Source: a virus | Length of the DNA: 64,000 bases | Virus record (IMG/VR): IMGVR_UViG_3300023184_004051 | Span: 32,001 to 96,000 of that record | Strand: one strand, 5' to 3' | Shown here: one piece after another, positions 17,631 through 28,900 of the stretch | Layout of the letters: the number at the start of each line of letters is the position of its first letter | Position numbering within the stretch: the first letter of the stretch is position 1 | Made by a program: the position numbers and the translations under genes | Notes under the pieces: generated by a model | Told to the model about the DNA's origin: nothing | Database searches by the model: none | Seen by the model: only the letters and a program-made list of their open reading frames with translations

Positions 17631-20600
17631 ATGGCTACCCTTGTCAGCGCCTTTGGGTCCGCTAGTAGTGCGGCACTAACGGCTAGCGCCGCTTTCACTG
17701 TCCCCTATACCAACCTTCTAAGCGTTGCCCCTGCTGCGGGTGATTATGTGTTCGTTGCCCTTTGGCTGACTCGTAATGCCGCCGCCACGCAAGCACAGTC
17801 ATCAAACGGCACTTACGCCTCGGTAGCGTGTGGCTCGGTCTACCTGACCTGTATGGAGAACACCTCGGTTCCGACCAACCTCTCGGCAACCTCAACGACG
17901 CTATTTCACCAATATGGCGTTCCGGGCAACCTTTCCGCCAATGCCGTGAACCTTGCTGTTTTTGGAGCGCCTTACACGGCAGGTATGGCACGAGGCATCA
18001 CCGTCACAGGGTTCAACGCCGGTGCTGCTACCGCAGTCCTTCTCTGCACCGCTATGGCAGTTCAGGGCATCTACACGCCCCCAACAAACCCTCGGACAAC
18101 GTGGTGTAAAACCATTGAGAACGGTGGAGTGGTTGACACGACATCGGGTTCCGGTTTGGCTTGGGCGAGCAATGGCGTGACCCCAAGTATCACCGCATTT
18201 GGAAGCACGAAGGTCAATAACAGCAACTTGACTTCCGCCATCGTTGATGATGTTGTAGCCGGTGCGGTGACGGGCATCTTGAACCTTGGCTCTGCTGGCT
18301 ACCAGACCACAGATTTTTCCACTAGGTATTCCAATCAAGAAGGTCTTTTTATTGGGAACCTAGATGTCATTGGCTTTGGCGGCAATGGTGGCTCAGCAAA
18401 CGTCATCGTCACAAACTCCAACAACCCCGTTCCGCCGGCCCTTTCAGGTGGCCCTAGCACTTGGACTGGCAAATACCTTGGGATTGGACAAGCGATATCG
18501 GGTGCGGATATTCCACAAGACACTTACATCACAGGCTTCAGTTATGACCCGAACTACTTGGGCTTTTTAGGCCCCACTTGGTTCGTCAACACCAATAATC
18601 TCGTCACCCCCTCCGGTCAGTTCTGGGCGGGTGCTGAACAGCCTGTCCTTGTCGTGATGTTCACCAACAACTCAACGACTACGGCTGCTACAACTTCGGT
18701 TGGAAACACCGGAGGAACCGTCAACAACGGTCTGACCTACCTTGACCCCCAAGGGTCAACGATGTATTTCACCTCATTTGGGTCGGCATCGGGAACTGTG
18801 GGAACGGGAACAAACACCTCGTTGCCAACTGCGGGCAGGGTGGTTGTGCCGACTTATGGTGGAAACACCACTCTTTCGTGGACTTCCAAACCGTCTAGCA
18901 CCTCCCTTGCGGGTTGCACCGCTCCATCATCACCACTTGATAAAGACCTCTATCAGTTGTGGATGGACAATGTGCAAACCGGCTCGCAGTTTTGGGACTG
19001 CACCCCCGTCGTGACGAATAGTGGAAACGCAACCTCTCCTGCTAGCGCCCCTCCGGGCATTGAGACAGTCAAGACAGTTCTTGCTACAACCACAACGGGT
19101 TTCCAAACCGGAACTTTGGTGATGGCGTATGGGGCGAACCGTTCAGGAATAAGTCCGGTATCCCTTTTCGGACACCTTCGGCACGGCTCGGTATCATCAA
19201 CCAACTTTGGATTTGGAGCGGCTTTTTCCTTCAAGCCCAACAAGTCATCCATCATTGGCACAGTGGGCGAAGTGGTGGAAACAAGAACAACTCCCGGCTC
19301 TGGCGTGTCTCGTGGGGCTATCCGCTCATCGGAAGTCATTGAGTTGGACACAGGTGAAAGTAGCGGCGCTGCTCGCACTTTGCCAAAAACCTCGGAACCA
19401 TCACTATTGGCAAAAGGTGAAATCCAAAACTCAAAACAGAGCAATGTGGCATCTCAGGTCAATGAAGTGCTTTCAGCACAAGACAAGCGTGGCACAAATA
19501 TTGGCGAGAAGGGCGCTGCAACTTATGGAACATTGTTCCAAGAAGTTGTTAGAGCCGTGTTATTCAGCAAATCTAATACGGTCACGGAACTGCTTGACAC
19601 GCAAAGCGTGAGAGCGCAAACGGCATATCGCCTGAGCGCCGTTAGTGAAATCTTGTCCTCAACCAGCCAGAAAACCCTGCTGCTCAACACCCTCACCAAA
19701 GCCGTCACATTTGCTCGCGGTGGGTATGTTCCAAAACTGAACAGCATCACCGGACTCGGCATCTTGGGTCAAGAAGCATTGGGCTATGGCAACTTCTACC
19801 CGACGAACAACTGGTACAACACCACTCTCGCCAAGAACTTCACGAAAACCTATGTCGAGGCGGGGGCGGTTTATCTGCTTTCCACTACCGAAAACACGAA
19901 GGCTACGATACGAAATGTCATATCAAGCGTTGCTGATGTTCCAACCTCAGCCAGCCAGCGAGCAGTCACAATCCCACGCTCTGCTGCGGTTGCTGAAGCG
20001 CCGACAACCACATCTCAACGGTCTACCATCCGTTCCTTTGTCGCCGCCGTTGCTGAAATCTTGTCAGGAGAGAACACACGCAGCGTCAACAAGGGCAAAG
20101 TAAGCGAGGTCAACCTCACTCCAAGTGGTGAAAACCAACGACAAGTGGCGGGCAATGTCGTCGGCTCGGTTGCTGAAGCCCCCAAGAGCGCAAACGGAAC
20201 TTCCAAAACTCTCGCTCGCATCACCACTGTTGTTGAAGCACTCAACACGGTGGCAACCAAAGTCCTCGTCATAAATCGTGCCTCTGAAGTTGCTGAAAAG
20301 CCATCAGAAAGCAATACGAAGTCATCGGCATTTACTCGGTCAAGCCAAGTCTCGGAACGACCCACAACCACATCGCAGCGTTCAGCAAGTCATTCATTTG
20401 CCACAACTGCCAACCTGTTGCTATCAGCAACCGTCACTCGTTCTGTTGGCGTGGCGAGGGCAAGTTCGGTTTACAAGGCGATTTACACCACCGCCTTTGC
20501 CATTCTCATCAAACTGACAAGCGGGTTCGTTGCGACCTTCACGGAATACCCAAAGACTGAGGGTTTCACCGAATATCCAAAGACGGAAACGATGATGGAT

Positions 20601-20684
20601 GCCACAAATGCCGTTTTCACTACCTCAAATACGGCAATCGGTTTTCAGGATGATGGGGTAGCCTCTTACACGGAAGGACAATAA
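17631..20684 (+). CDS. Large virion structural (fibre-like) protein with C-terminal ~23-aa degenerate repeats
   Basis: 1017 aa, T/S/G-rich; repeated RSxxVxExxxxxSQR units. Confidence 0.6.
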   Translation: MATLVSAFGSASSAALTASAAFTVPYTNLLSVAPAAGDYVFVALWLTRNAAATQAQSSNGTYASVACGSVYLTCMENTSVPTNLSATSTTLFHQYGVPGNLSANAVNLAVFGAPYTAGMARGITVTGFNAGAATAVLLCTAMAVQGIYTPPTNPRTTWCKTIENGGVVDTTSGSGLAWASNGVTPSITAFGSTKVNNSNLTSAIVDDVVAGAVTGILNLGSAGYQTTDFSTRYSNQEGLFIGNLDVIGFGGNGGSANVIVTNSNNPVPPALSGGPSTWTGKYLGIGQAISGADIPQDTYITGFSYDPNYLGFLGPTWFVNTNNLVTPSGQFWAGAEQPVLVVMFTNNSTTTAATTSVGNTGGTVNNGLTYLDPQGSTMYFTSFGSASGTVGTGTNTSLPTAGRVVVPTYGGNTTLSWTSKPSSTSLAGCTAPSSPLDKDLYQLWMDNVQTGSQFWDCTPVVTNSGNATSPASAPPGIETVKTVLATTTTGFQTGTLVMAYGANRSGISPVSLFGHLRHGSVSSTNFGFGAAFSFKPNKSSIIGTVGEVVETRTTPGSGVSRGAIRSSEVIELDTGESSGAARTLPKTSEPSLLAKGEIQNSKQSNVASQVNEVLSAQDKRGTNIGEKGAATYGTLFQEVVRAVLFSKSNTVTELLDTQSVRAQTAYRLSAVSEILSSTSQKTLLLNTLTKAVTFARGGYVPKLNSITGLGILGQEALGYGNFYPTNNWYNTTLAKNFTKTYVEAGAVYLLSTTENTKATIRNVISSVADVPTSASQRAVTIPRSAAVAEAPTTTSQRSTIRSFVAAVAEILSGENTRSVNKGKVSEVNLTPSGENQRQVAGNVVGSVAEAPKSANGTSKTLARITTVVEALNTVATKVLVINRASEVAEKPSESNTKSSAFTRSSQVSERPTTTSQRSASHSFATTANLLLSATVTRSVGVARASSVYKAIYTTAFAILIKLTSGFVATFTEYPKTEGFTEYPKTETMMDATNAVFTTSNTAIGFQDDGVASYTEGQ

Positions 20685-20685
20685 A

Positions 20686-21027
20686 ATGACCACGGTTGCC
20701 ACTTATCCAACACCAGCATCAAGCCTGCCAGACCTGACATTCGTTTGGACTGATGCAACGCAGACCCTCATCAACTTCGGAGTGGCGGGTTGGTCATACA
20801 GTATGAAAATCAGTCAACCTCCAAATGCCCCCACAATCACCAAGACGACGGGCATTTCTGGCGCTTCAACTTCACCAAACATCACGGTTCAGTGGAGCGT
20901 GAACGAACTTGCAACCCTCACACCGGGTCGTTGGTACTTCCAACTGACCGCCACTTACGGCCCTAGTGGTGGAAAACAACGCATTATGACGGGTTCTATC
21001 GTCATTGACCAAGCGATTATGGCGTAG
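20686..21027 (+). CDS. Small beta-sandwich structural protein (BppU-N-like)
   Basis: ITVQW..LATLTPGRWYFQL..GSIVI. Confidence 0.55.
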   Translation: MTTVATYPTPASSLPDLTFVWTDATQTLINFGVAGWSYSMKISQPPNAPTITKTTGISGASTSPNITVQWSVNELATLTPGRWYFQLTATYGPSGGKQRIMTGSIVIDQAIMA

Positions 21028-21031
21028 TGAA

Positions 21032-21526
21032 ATGAGTTGGACTTACTCTGCCGACCCAAGTTCCTCAACGAAAGATGCCGTTCGTTTTCTCATTGGTGAT
21101 ACCGATGAGACAGCCCAGCAGATGACGGATGAGGAAATCTACTTCAACCTCACCGAAGTTGGTGGTGAAATCTATCGTGCCGCTTCCAATACTTGCTACA
21201 ACCTTGCCGCCCGATACACGGGTGAAGCGCAAAGCACGAGCAAGAGCGTTGGTGGGTTGTCTCTAAGCAAGAGCCTTGGCGACAGAGCGCAACGCTATGA
21301 ACGCCTTGCCAAAGACCTGTTGATACGCTCACGCCGTATTTCACCACCCGTTCCAAATGCCGACCCAGATGCCCTCGGTGCGGAACTGTATGTGGGCAAG
21401 TTTGACCGCTACTACGCCACCCCGAACTATTGGCCGTCTAGCAGCGTGACGGGCGTTTCCACCACCTATGGCACAAACTACGAACCCGGTGAGGGAGGCG
21501 TGGCCGGAAGCGGTCAAGAGCCATAA
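21032..21526 (+). CDS. Head-tail adaptor protein
   Basis: MSWTYSADP..DAVRFLIGDT..TDEEI..SVGGLSLS; synteny. Confidence 0.7.
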   Translation: MSWTYSADPSSSTKDAVRFLIGDTDETAQQMTDEEIYFNLTEVGGEIYRAASNTCYNLAARYTGEAQSTSKSVGGLSLSKSLGDRAQRYERLAKDLLIRSRRISPPVPNADPDALGAELYVGKFDRYYATPNYWPSSSVTGVSTTYGTNYEPGEGGVAGSGQEP

Positions 21527-21945
21527 TGCCCATTGAGCCGGAACTCTACGAACTGTTTGGGCAGACCGTCTACTGCGAGAACCCTCTGCCTATCACCACT
21601 TACACAGCGCCCGGTGCAACCAACCCGTCGCCTGTTTTGGATGCGTATGGTCGCCACGTTCTTGCTGATGGAACAACGCCATCAACCTCAGCCGCCGCTT
21701 GGACTTCAGCAATCGCCTACAGATGCCGTTTGGAATACTCCGAGCAAGTCATCACTGATGCTGAAGGCAGAAACCGTGTGAGTAAGGGTCGTGCCTACCT
21801 GATGGGCGTTTTCCCTGAAATCACCACAGAAAGTCGGGTCACGGTTGATGAAGTCCAGCCGGCCCTGCAACATCCTGTCCTCATAAATGTCACCACTGAC
21901 AACGACCAATACGGGCCGCAAAACACGACCCTCCACTTTGAGTAG
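21526..21945 (+). CDS. Head closure / head-tail connector
   Basis: DAYGR..YRCRLEY..; synteny. Confidence 0.6.
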   Translation: MPIEPELYELFGQTVYCENPLPITTYTAPGATNPSPVLDAYGRHVLADGTTPSTSAAAWTSAIAYRCRLEYSEQVITDAEGRNRVSKGRAYLMGVFPEITTESRVTVDEVQPALQHPVLINVTTDNDQYGPQNTTLHFE

Positions 21946-21957
21946 GAGAGTAGTGAA

Positions 21958-22344
21958 ATGGATATCACGGTTCAGGTAGACACGAGCAACCTCGTGCTTC
22001 ACCAAAAGTCACAACAAATCAACGAGATGATTGCTCGCAGCGTAAGCGATGTCATCGAGAAGGTCTTTGCTGAAAGCCAAATCCTTGTTCCCGTCAACAC
22101 GGGTGCATTGAAAGCCTCCGGTCAAGTGGTGAAAGAGTCGCCTGAGGAAAATGGGGCGCTCAGTTCCTCCTACATCACTTATGGTGATGCAACCGTTGAT
22201 TACGCTGTGTCAGTTCACGAGGACTTGTCTATGCCTCACGCTGCCCCAACGCAAGCCAAGTACCTAGAAACCCCGTTAGTGAAAAATGTGCCGCTTTTGG
22301 AAAGTCTCATCCGAGCGCGGCTGAAAGTGATTTTGTATTCGTGA
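21958..22344 (+). CDS. HK97 gp10-like tail completion protein
   Basis: SQILVPVNTGALKAS..YAVSVHE..QAKYLETP. Confidence 0.75.
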   Translation: MDITVQVDTSNLVLHQKSQQINEMIARSVSDVIEKVFAESQILVPVNTGALKASGQVVKESPEENGALSSSYITYGDATVDYAVSVHEDLSMPHAAPTQAKYLETPLVKNVPLLESLIRARLKVILYS

Positions 22345-22772
22345 CTACCCTCCTAGATGCACTTGGAACCTATCTGCCGACCAGAACTGCCACGCTGCCC
22401 GCCGTTCAGCAGTTGCACTTGGGGTCAAACCTATTCTTGGCTCGCATCCCAGCCGAAGCGCCTGATGCTTGTGTCGTCGTTCAGCAGTATGAGGGTCAGA
22501 ACCCGACCTTCACAATGGGGCCTGTCGTCAGCGAGTTGGAACATCCCCGTATCCAAATCACCGTAAGGGGGATGAGAGAGGACTATCCGGGCGCATACGA
22601 CCTCTCCATTGCCATCCGCAACATCTTGGGTGCAATCACCTCTACGACCTCGCTAAGCGGCATCAGCGTCATCCGTATCGAGCCTTTGGGACTTCCAAAC
22701 CCCATCGGCTACGACCAAGTGGAGCGACCCCGTTTCACTACCAACTTCCAAGCGCATTACAAATCATCGTGA
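22341..22772 (+). CDS. Tail terminator (minor capsid 3-like)
   Basis: EHPRIQITVRG..IGYDQVERPRFTTNF; synteny. Confidence 0.75.
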   Translation: MTTLLDALGTYLPTRTATLPAVQQLHLGSNLFLARIPAEAPDACVVVQQYEGQNPTFTMGPVVSELEHPRIQITVRGMREDYPGAYDLSIAIRNILGAITSTTSLSGISVIRIEPLGLPNPIGYDQVERPRFTTNFQAHYKSS

Positions 22773-23005
22773 ACGAACTTGACCTCGTAATCCAAAGCAT
22801 CAAAGCGGCCAAACAAGCCTGCCTTGCATCAGTTCACGCATTGGAGGCAGTCGAGCGGCTTCTCGGTGCTGATGACATTTCCAAAACTCAGCCAGTCGAG
22901 GCTGCCGAGGCATCCGGTTGTCAGCACAAAGATGCGGCTAAAGTCACCACATCGGAAGGTGTGTTTCTTGTCTGCGGATGTGGCGAACAAAAAGAAATCC
23001 AATAA
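22769..23005 (+). CDS. Hypothetical protein with CxH..CxC
   Basis: GTGA overlap with upstream gene. Confidence 0.5.
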   Translation: MNELDLVIQSIKAAKQACLASVHALEAVERLLGADDISKTQPVEAAEASGCQHKDAAKVTTSEGVFLVCGCGEQKEIQ

Positions 23006-23064
23006 ATGACTTGTCGTGAATACTCAACTGTGCTACACTTCCAAAACCGACTAAGGAGTAGCCT

Positions 23065-23349
23065 ATGACCCGCAGAACACCAGTAGCCGAGGTCGTTCCG
23101 AACTACACCCCCACTTGGGTGACAGTATTGGAATGGAACGGCTTGACACCGGGCGACCCCGTGAAAATCACGGGCGAGCGAGGGGACTTCACCTTCGCCT
23201 CTGTCCACGAACGAGATGGCGAGGTCATCTCTGTCAATGTTCACGGCGGGATGAACGGTCACCAAATGTGTAGGTCGTTTTATCCCCAAAAGGTCAGCAA
23301 AAAGGTCGCCAAACGGTCACGCCTTCGCTCGGCTCCGGCTGGCGACTGA
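23065..23349 (+). CDS. Small SH3-like barrel protein
   Basis: PGDPVKITGERGDFTF..RSFYPQKV; AAGGAG RBS; own promoter TTGTCG-N17-TACACT upstream. Confidence 0.6.
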   Translation: MTRRTPVAEVVPNYTPTWVTVLEWNGLTPGDPVKITGERGDFTFASVHERDGEVISVNVHGGMNGHQMCRSFYPQKVSKKVAKRSRLRSAPAGD

Positions 23350-23434
23350 CTGAGATGGGCTAACCCCCATCTACCCACAGGTGATTTTCCAATCGGGTGC
23401 TACGATTTTAGTAGGCATCATACGGGAAGGCACT

Positions 23435-23647
23435 ATGGCTAAGGCTAAATCACAGGCGTATCAAGTCACCGATAAGTCACCTTTGTCCTACAACGGCAAG
23501 GATGTGTCTTGTGGTGAAGTGGTCACTGACATTCCCGGCGAAAGCATCTCTTGGCTTCTTGCTGATGGTTTCATCGTTCCCGTCGAGTCAGTCGAGGAAG
23601 CCACTCCCGCAGTTTTGGATGAGGCTCCTGCGGATGGTGAAAACTAA
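23435..23647 (+). CDS. Small virion-associated protein preceding the tail tube genes
   Basis: GEVVTDIP..SISWLLADGFI; TAATG coupling. Confidence 0.6.
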   Translation: MAKAKSQAYQVTDKSPLSYNGKDVSCGEVVTDIPGESISWLLADGFIVPVESVEEATPAVLDEAPADGEN

Positions 23648-24603
23648 TGCCCACCTTCCTTCACGGCAAGAATACGCGCGTGGTGCTTGTCAACCCGAAC
23701 TTCACCTCGCAGACCTTCACGGCTACCGTCACGAGCGGTACTGCAGTTATCACCATCGTGAGCGCCAACTTGTCTTTGGTGCCCGGTATGGGTATCACCG
23801 CAGCCTCAGGCTTGCCTGCCGGAACCGTCATTCTCTCGGCTTCAGGGCGCTCTCTCACCCTGTCCAACAACTTCACCGGAACCGGAACGATTACTTTCAC
23901 CGCTTCTAGCACGGGTATCGCCTACGACATCTCGCAGTTTTTCAATGATGTTTCGGTTTCCTTCGCGAGCGAAGCCGCTGAAATCACGACTTTCCAAACG
24001 GCAGGCTTCAAGTCTTACATCGCTGGCTTGCGTGAAGGCAACATTTCACTAAACGGGTTCTACGACGGAACCATCACGGGTGTTGACGCAATCCTGTACA
24101 CAGCCATTGCTAATACGGGCGACGAAGGCTGCATCGTGTTTACCGATGGCAATAACTCCGCTACTTCTGCCTCTCGGTGCTACATCACCAGAGGTATTGA
24201 GACAAAGTATGACCTCAAATCGCCTGTTTCTGGCGTTGTTGCGGTTGATACTGAAATCCAAGCAGACGGCGGTGTGTGGCGTGGCATCGGTCAAAACTTC
24301 ACCCAAAGCGGTGCGGCAACGACTTATGCACCGTCAACAAATGGCTACGACGGCGGTAGCGCAACAACGAATGGCGGGTTGCTGATTGTGGGCGTGACGG
24401 CATTGACCGGCACAAGCCCAACTGTGGCCTTGACTTTTCAGCACTCCCCAGACCAATCCACTTGGACTGACCTCGCAACAAGCAACACGGGTGGCGCTGT
24501 CACCATCGTCGGGGGAAGCATTTATCGCTACACAAGGCTCAGAGTTGTTTTGGGTGGCACAAGTCCTTCAGCAAACATCTACTACGGGTTCGCCCGCTTC
24601 TAA
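23647..24603 (+). CDS. Tail tube-like protein 1 with inserted beta module and C-terminal extra domain
   Basis: MPTFLHGKN..EITTF..KSYIAGLREG..KYDLKSPVSGVV. Confidence 0.7.
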   Translation: MPTFLHGKNTRVVLVNPNFTSQTFTATVTSGTAVITIVSANLSLVPGMGITAASGLPAGTVILSASGRSLTLSNNFTGTGTITFTASSTGIAYDISQFFNDVSVSFASEAAEITTFQTAGFKSYIAGLREGNISLNGFYDGTITGVDAILYTAIANTGDEGCIVFTDGNNSATSASRCYITRGIETKYDLKSPVSGVVAVDTEIQADGGVWRGIGQNFTQSGAATTYAPSTNGYDGGSATTNGGLLIVGVTALTGTSPTVALTFQHSPDQSTWTDLATSNTGGAVTIVGGSIYRYTRLRVVLGGTSPSANIYYGFARF

Positions 24604-24612
24604 GGAGTAAAA

Positions 24613-25320
24613 ATGGCAACTTTCCAGCACGGTAAGAACGGATTTCTGGCCCTCGGCTACGAAACCGCAACGACTATCCCGACCCTGACCGCAGGTATCT
24701 CGGCAACGACGGCATTGGGAACCATCGGCGGTTTCACTAACTCGCTGCTTGATGGCAACAAGGCAAACCCCGTTATCACGGGTGGCTCGACCTACGGCGT
24801 GTTCCTCGGTGGTGTTCCAAACTACCTGACCGCTTCGATTGCAGCCTCGGGTGGAACGCTTGCTCAGGCCGCAACTGTCGCCACCAGCGCACAGGTTCTC
24901 TCAATGGTCAACTTTTCACCATACATCAACGACATTTCGTTCCCACAGGCGATTGAAACCAACGAAACCACCACGTTCTCGTCGGCGGGTGTCAAGACCT
25001 ACATCGTCGGTCTGAGGGGTTGGACTATCTCCTTTGGTGGAATGTTGGACTTGACCGTTGGCGCGACGAACGCTCCGGGTGGCGTGGACAAGATTATGTC
25101 TGACATCATCGCTTTCCAAAATGTTTCCAGCGCAAACCTTGTCTCGTTTGTCTACGGCCCAGCATCGCCCGGTGCTTTGGGTGGTGGAACCGCCGACCTG
25201 AAGTATTACGGTCAGAGCGTCTTGACGAAGTACGACCTCAAATCCTCAGTCTCGGGTGTGGTCACTTTTGATGGTGAACTTCAGGTCACTGGTGCTGTTT
25301 ACCGCACGACGACTCTCTAG
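24613..25320 (+). CDS. Major tail tube protein 2
   Basis: MATFQHGKN..ETTTF..KTYIVGLRG..KYDLKSSVSGVVTFDGELQVTG; upstream of the chaperone; strong RBS. Confidence 0.75.
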   Translation: MATFQHGKNGFLALGYETATTIPTLTAGISATTALGTIGGFTNSLLDGNKANPVITGGSTYGVFLGGVPNYLTASIAASGGTLAQAATVATSAQVLSMVNFSPYINDISFPQAIETNETTTFSSAGVKTYIVGLRGWTISFGGMLDLTVGATNAPGGVDKIMSDIIAFQNVSSANLVSFVYGPASPGALGGGTADLKYYGQSVLTKYDLKSSVSGVVTFDGELQVTGAVYRTTTL

Positions 25321-25354
25321 TTGATACGATAAGTAGAAACTAGCCCAAGGAGTA

Positions 25355-25744
25355 TTGGTGTCAAACCTTTCAGCAAAGATTTTCGCAGCATCCGACATTG
25401 AGAGTGAGTTGGTGGATGTCCCGCAATGGGATGTCACGCTGTTAGTGAAATCCATCACGGCGAAAGACCGTGCAGTAATGATTTCGGGTTCTGTCGAGAA
25501 CAATGGTGAGTTTCGGTTGGAGGAAATCCTCCCCGACCTCGTTATTGCCGCTTGTTATGACCCCGAGACTGGCGAGAAGGTTTTTCAGCCCGGTGACCGT
25601 GATGCGCTTATGGCAAAATCAGCCGCACCCATTGAACAGTTGGCGCAAGTCGCTATGCGTTTGTCGGGTATGGAGGAAACTTCGGTGGATAACGCGGGAA
25701 AAGATTTTACGCCAACCCCGAGCGACGCTTCCTCTTTGAGTTAG
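25355..25744 (+). CDS. Tail assembly chaperone (short form)
   Basis: Between tail tube and tape measure; slippery G GGA AAA near the 3' end. Confidence 0.8.
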   Translation: MVSNLSAKIFAASDIESELVDVPQWDVTLLVKSITAKDRAVMISGSVENNGEFRLEEILPDLVIAACYDPETGEKVFQPGDRDALMAKSAAPIEQLAQVAMRLSGMEETSVDNAGKDFTPTPSDASSLS

Positions 25745-25890
25745 CCGAGAAGTTAGGGAGAACGGTTGGCGAACTCCTAGAAGGTTCTCCCGCACATAGG
25801 CCGATGTCCGCTAGTGAAATGGTGGAGTGGCAGGCAGTTTGGAAAATCCGAGCGTATGAGCAAGAGGAAGCAATGAAGGAGAATGGCTAA
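25696..25890 (+). other. -1 programmed frameshift site and extension giving the long tail chaperone
   Basis: GGGAAAA at 25696-25702; the -1 frame reads RFYANPERRFLFELAEKLGRTVGELL..EMVEWQAVWKI..ENG* to 25890. Confidence 0.8.
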
Positions 25891-25914
25891 CTGCTAAGAG
25901 GAAGGTGGTGAAAA

Positions 25915-28900
25915 ATGGAAGAAAGTATGCGTATCCGAATACTCGGAGATGCGTCTAGCGCCCAAACCGCTTTTCAGCAAGCAGAGAAGGCCGCTCAACT
26001 TGCGGCTGACAAAATCAGTCACTCTTTCAATCACCTCGGAAGCCTGTTCAAGCGAACCATTGGCTTCGCTGGCATCGCCGTTGGTCTTGATACCGCGCTG
26101 GAAAGTGCATCGCACCTCATCAACGCTCAGAAGGCACAGGCTCAACTCCTGTCCAACCAAGCGAAACAGCAGGGCAGTATCATCAAGTTGCAGGACTTTG
26201 AGTTGGAAGGCAATGCAAAGGCTTACGCTTGGAAGTCCAAAACGCTTGACCAGATGGCGACGCAGTTATCACTAAACAACGCCATTTCCAAATCAGACAT
26301 CGTTCAGGCGCAGAACCGGCAACTCACGAACACGGACTTGCTGAAGTTCTACTCCAAGGGCAACGCTGCGCTTTCACAACAGAACCAGACTTACAAAGAC
26401 ATCGTGAACGAAGCCCGCCTCCACGGGGTAGCAATGTCAGGTTCTCAGGCAGCAATGGCGACGACGCTGACCACCGCAGCCAACCTTGCTGAAGTCACGG
26501 GTCAAGGCATCAACGGCTCAATGATGATGTTGACTCGTTTGATGGCTGACCCTGCCAAGCGAATGTCGGCAATGTCCCGTATGGGTATCCAAATCGCCAA
26601 GTCTGACCAAGAGCGCATCAAGGCGCTGGAAAAAACCAAGGGTCTGATGGCGGCTCAGGGTGAGTTGCTGAATGTTTTGGATAAGACCTATCACGGGATT
26701 GCCGCAACAGCAGCCTCGCCGGTAGAAATCCTGAAAAACGCCTTGGCAAACGTTTGGACTGCATTGGGCGAAGGTCTTATGCCTGTGCTGGAAAGTTTGT
26801 CTGCCGTTGTTATTGAGGTGGTGACACCACTTCTCCCTGTCCTTCAGAGTATGGGCAGCCTCATTGAGGAAGTAGCAAAACGACTCGGTACATCGCTCGG
26901 TTCGTTGATTTCCGACCTCATCCCCTTCATCGACCTCTTAGTGAAAGGGATGCTGCCCGCATTTTTTGACCTCATCACGCCTCTCGTGCAGATGGCCGAC
27001 AAAGCGATTACACCACTTGCCCAAGCGTTCTCGCAGTTGGTTGGTGAGGGTGAGAAAATGGGCCCCCTTTCCCAAGCGTTTTTGGATATGGGCAAGACCA
27101 TTGGTGAAAACTTGAAGCCTGCGGTGGACTTCATCGCTGATGCCTTCAAGAAAATGTCCAAAGACGGCACTCTGGACAAGATGATGAAAAGCCTTTTGGA
27201 TACCTTCAAGGCTCTTGCTCCCATCCTTCCCGACCTCGCCGTTGCATTGGCGAACTTGGTGATTGCGATTACTCCCGCCTTCATCGCTGCACTTCCCATA
27301 ATGGTTGATGCCTTTGCATTGTTCGTGCAAATCCTGACTGCGATTACACCACTCGTCGTGGATGTGGCAAACGGCATTGCCGACTTGGTGAAAAAGATTA
27401 CGGACAACAAGGGCTTGACCGGCGTTATTGGCACACTCATCGGCCTTTGGTTCACCAAGAGCCTGTTCATCACTCCACTCGTCGCCATTACTTCGGGTAT
27501 TGGAATGATTATCACCAAAATCATTTCGGCTGGCTCGGCTCTGAAGGGCGTTGGCTCAATCGCCAAGGGGCTTTTCACTAAGGGCTTTGGCGGGGCTTCG
27601 GCTGCACGACTCGGTTCATTGGATAGACGAGCCGACATCGCCACGAGCAAGGCAACAGCGGCATTTGGAATGTATGGTGGTGAAAGTGGTCGCTACAAGC
27701 GAGCAGCCGCCAAGCAAAAAGAGGCAGTTGAGCGCGCTGAAGCGTTCCGTGGGCGGGTCAACACAGTTGCCGGTGCTGGCGGTGGTGTAAAAGGACTCCT
27801 GAAGTCGGTATTCGGTTTTGGACTTGGAACAGGTTTCAAGCCCGCAAGTGAAGTTGACGCAGTAAACCAAAACACCCAAGCACTCATTGAGTTGACCGCA
27901 ACCCTCGGTCGAACAGCAGGCGGTCTGTCCGGCGGTTTTGGAAGTGGGGGTAGTGGAAAATCTAAGCCGATGACTGACTTGGAAAAGACTTATGCTGAAC
28001 TTCACGCTAGGCAATATGGCGGAAGTAGCGGAAGGGGAGCCATACCGGGGCTTCAGTCTTTGCAAACCGCTCTTGCTGAAAATGGCTATGCCGGTAAGAA
28101 CGGAAAGCCACCGTCAGGTGGAAAGTTTGGCCGCTTCGGTTCGTTTATGAAAAATGAGTTCTCGGCTATGGGCGAGGATGTCAGGAATGGCGCTGCCCGA
28201 ACCAGTAGGATTGGCTCAAAGATTGCCGGATTTGGCAGACTTGGAAGGTTCAGCGCCGGTTCTGGCATTGTCGGTGGTCTTGCCTCGGCTGGTATTGGAA
28301 TGGCAATGCCTCTCCTTCAGAAGGTGATGCCAAAGAAAGCGGCAAATGTCCTTGGTGGGGTCGCTCAGGGCGCTTCTATGGGAATGATGTTCGGCCCTTG
28401 GGGTGCAGCCATCGGAGCGGCAATCGGCCTAGTGAAATCCTTGTTCCAAAACTGCAAGCCTTTCCACGACTTCGTTATCAAGGTCGGCCACAAACTGATG
28501 GAGTGGGGCAAGATTATTTGGACAAAAGTTCAGCCTGTCCTGAAGGTGGTTTGGGAAATCATCAAAAAAATCGCCACCATCTACATCAAGGCAATGATTT
28601 TCGGGTTCAAGATTGTGTGGGGTGTCATCAAGATGGTTTGGAACGTGCTGAAAACCGTCTGGGATGTTCTGTACGCCATTGGTAAGTGGGTCGTTGGCGT
28701 GCTGATGGCTTACTTCAAGGGTTGGTGGACAATCATCAAAGCGGTTTGGGGCATACTGAGTGGCATTTGGGATGGCCTTGTATCTGGTGGAAAGACCGCT
28801 TGGGGCTGGCTGAAGGGTATGTTTGGGTGGATAAAAGACGCAGGGGGAAACGTGTGGGATGCGCTTTACAACGGTTTTGTTTGGGCGGTAAACAAGATTA

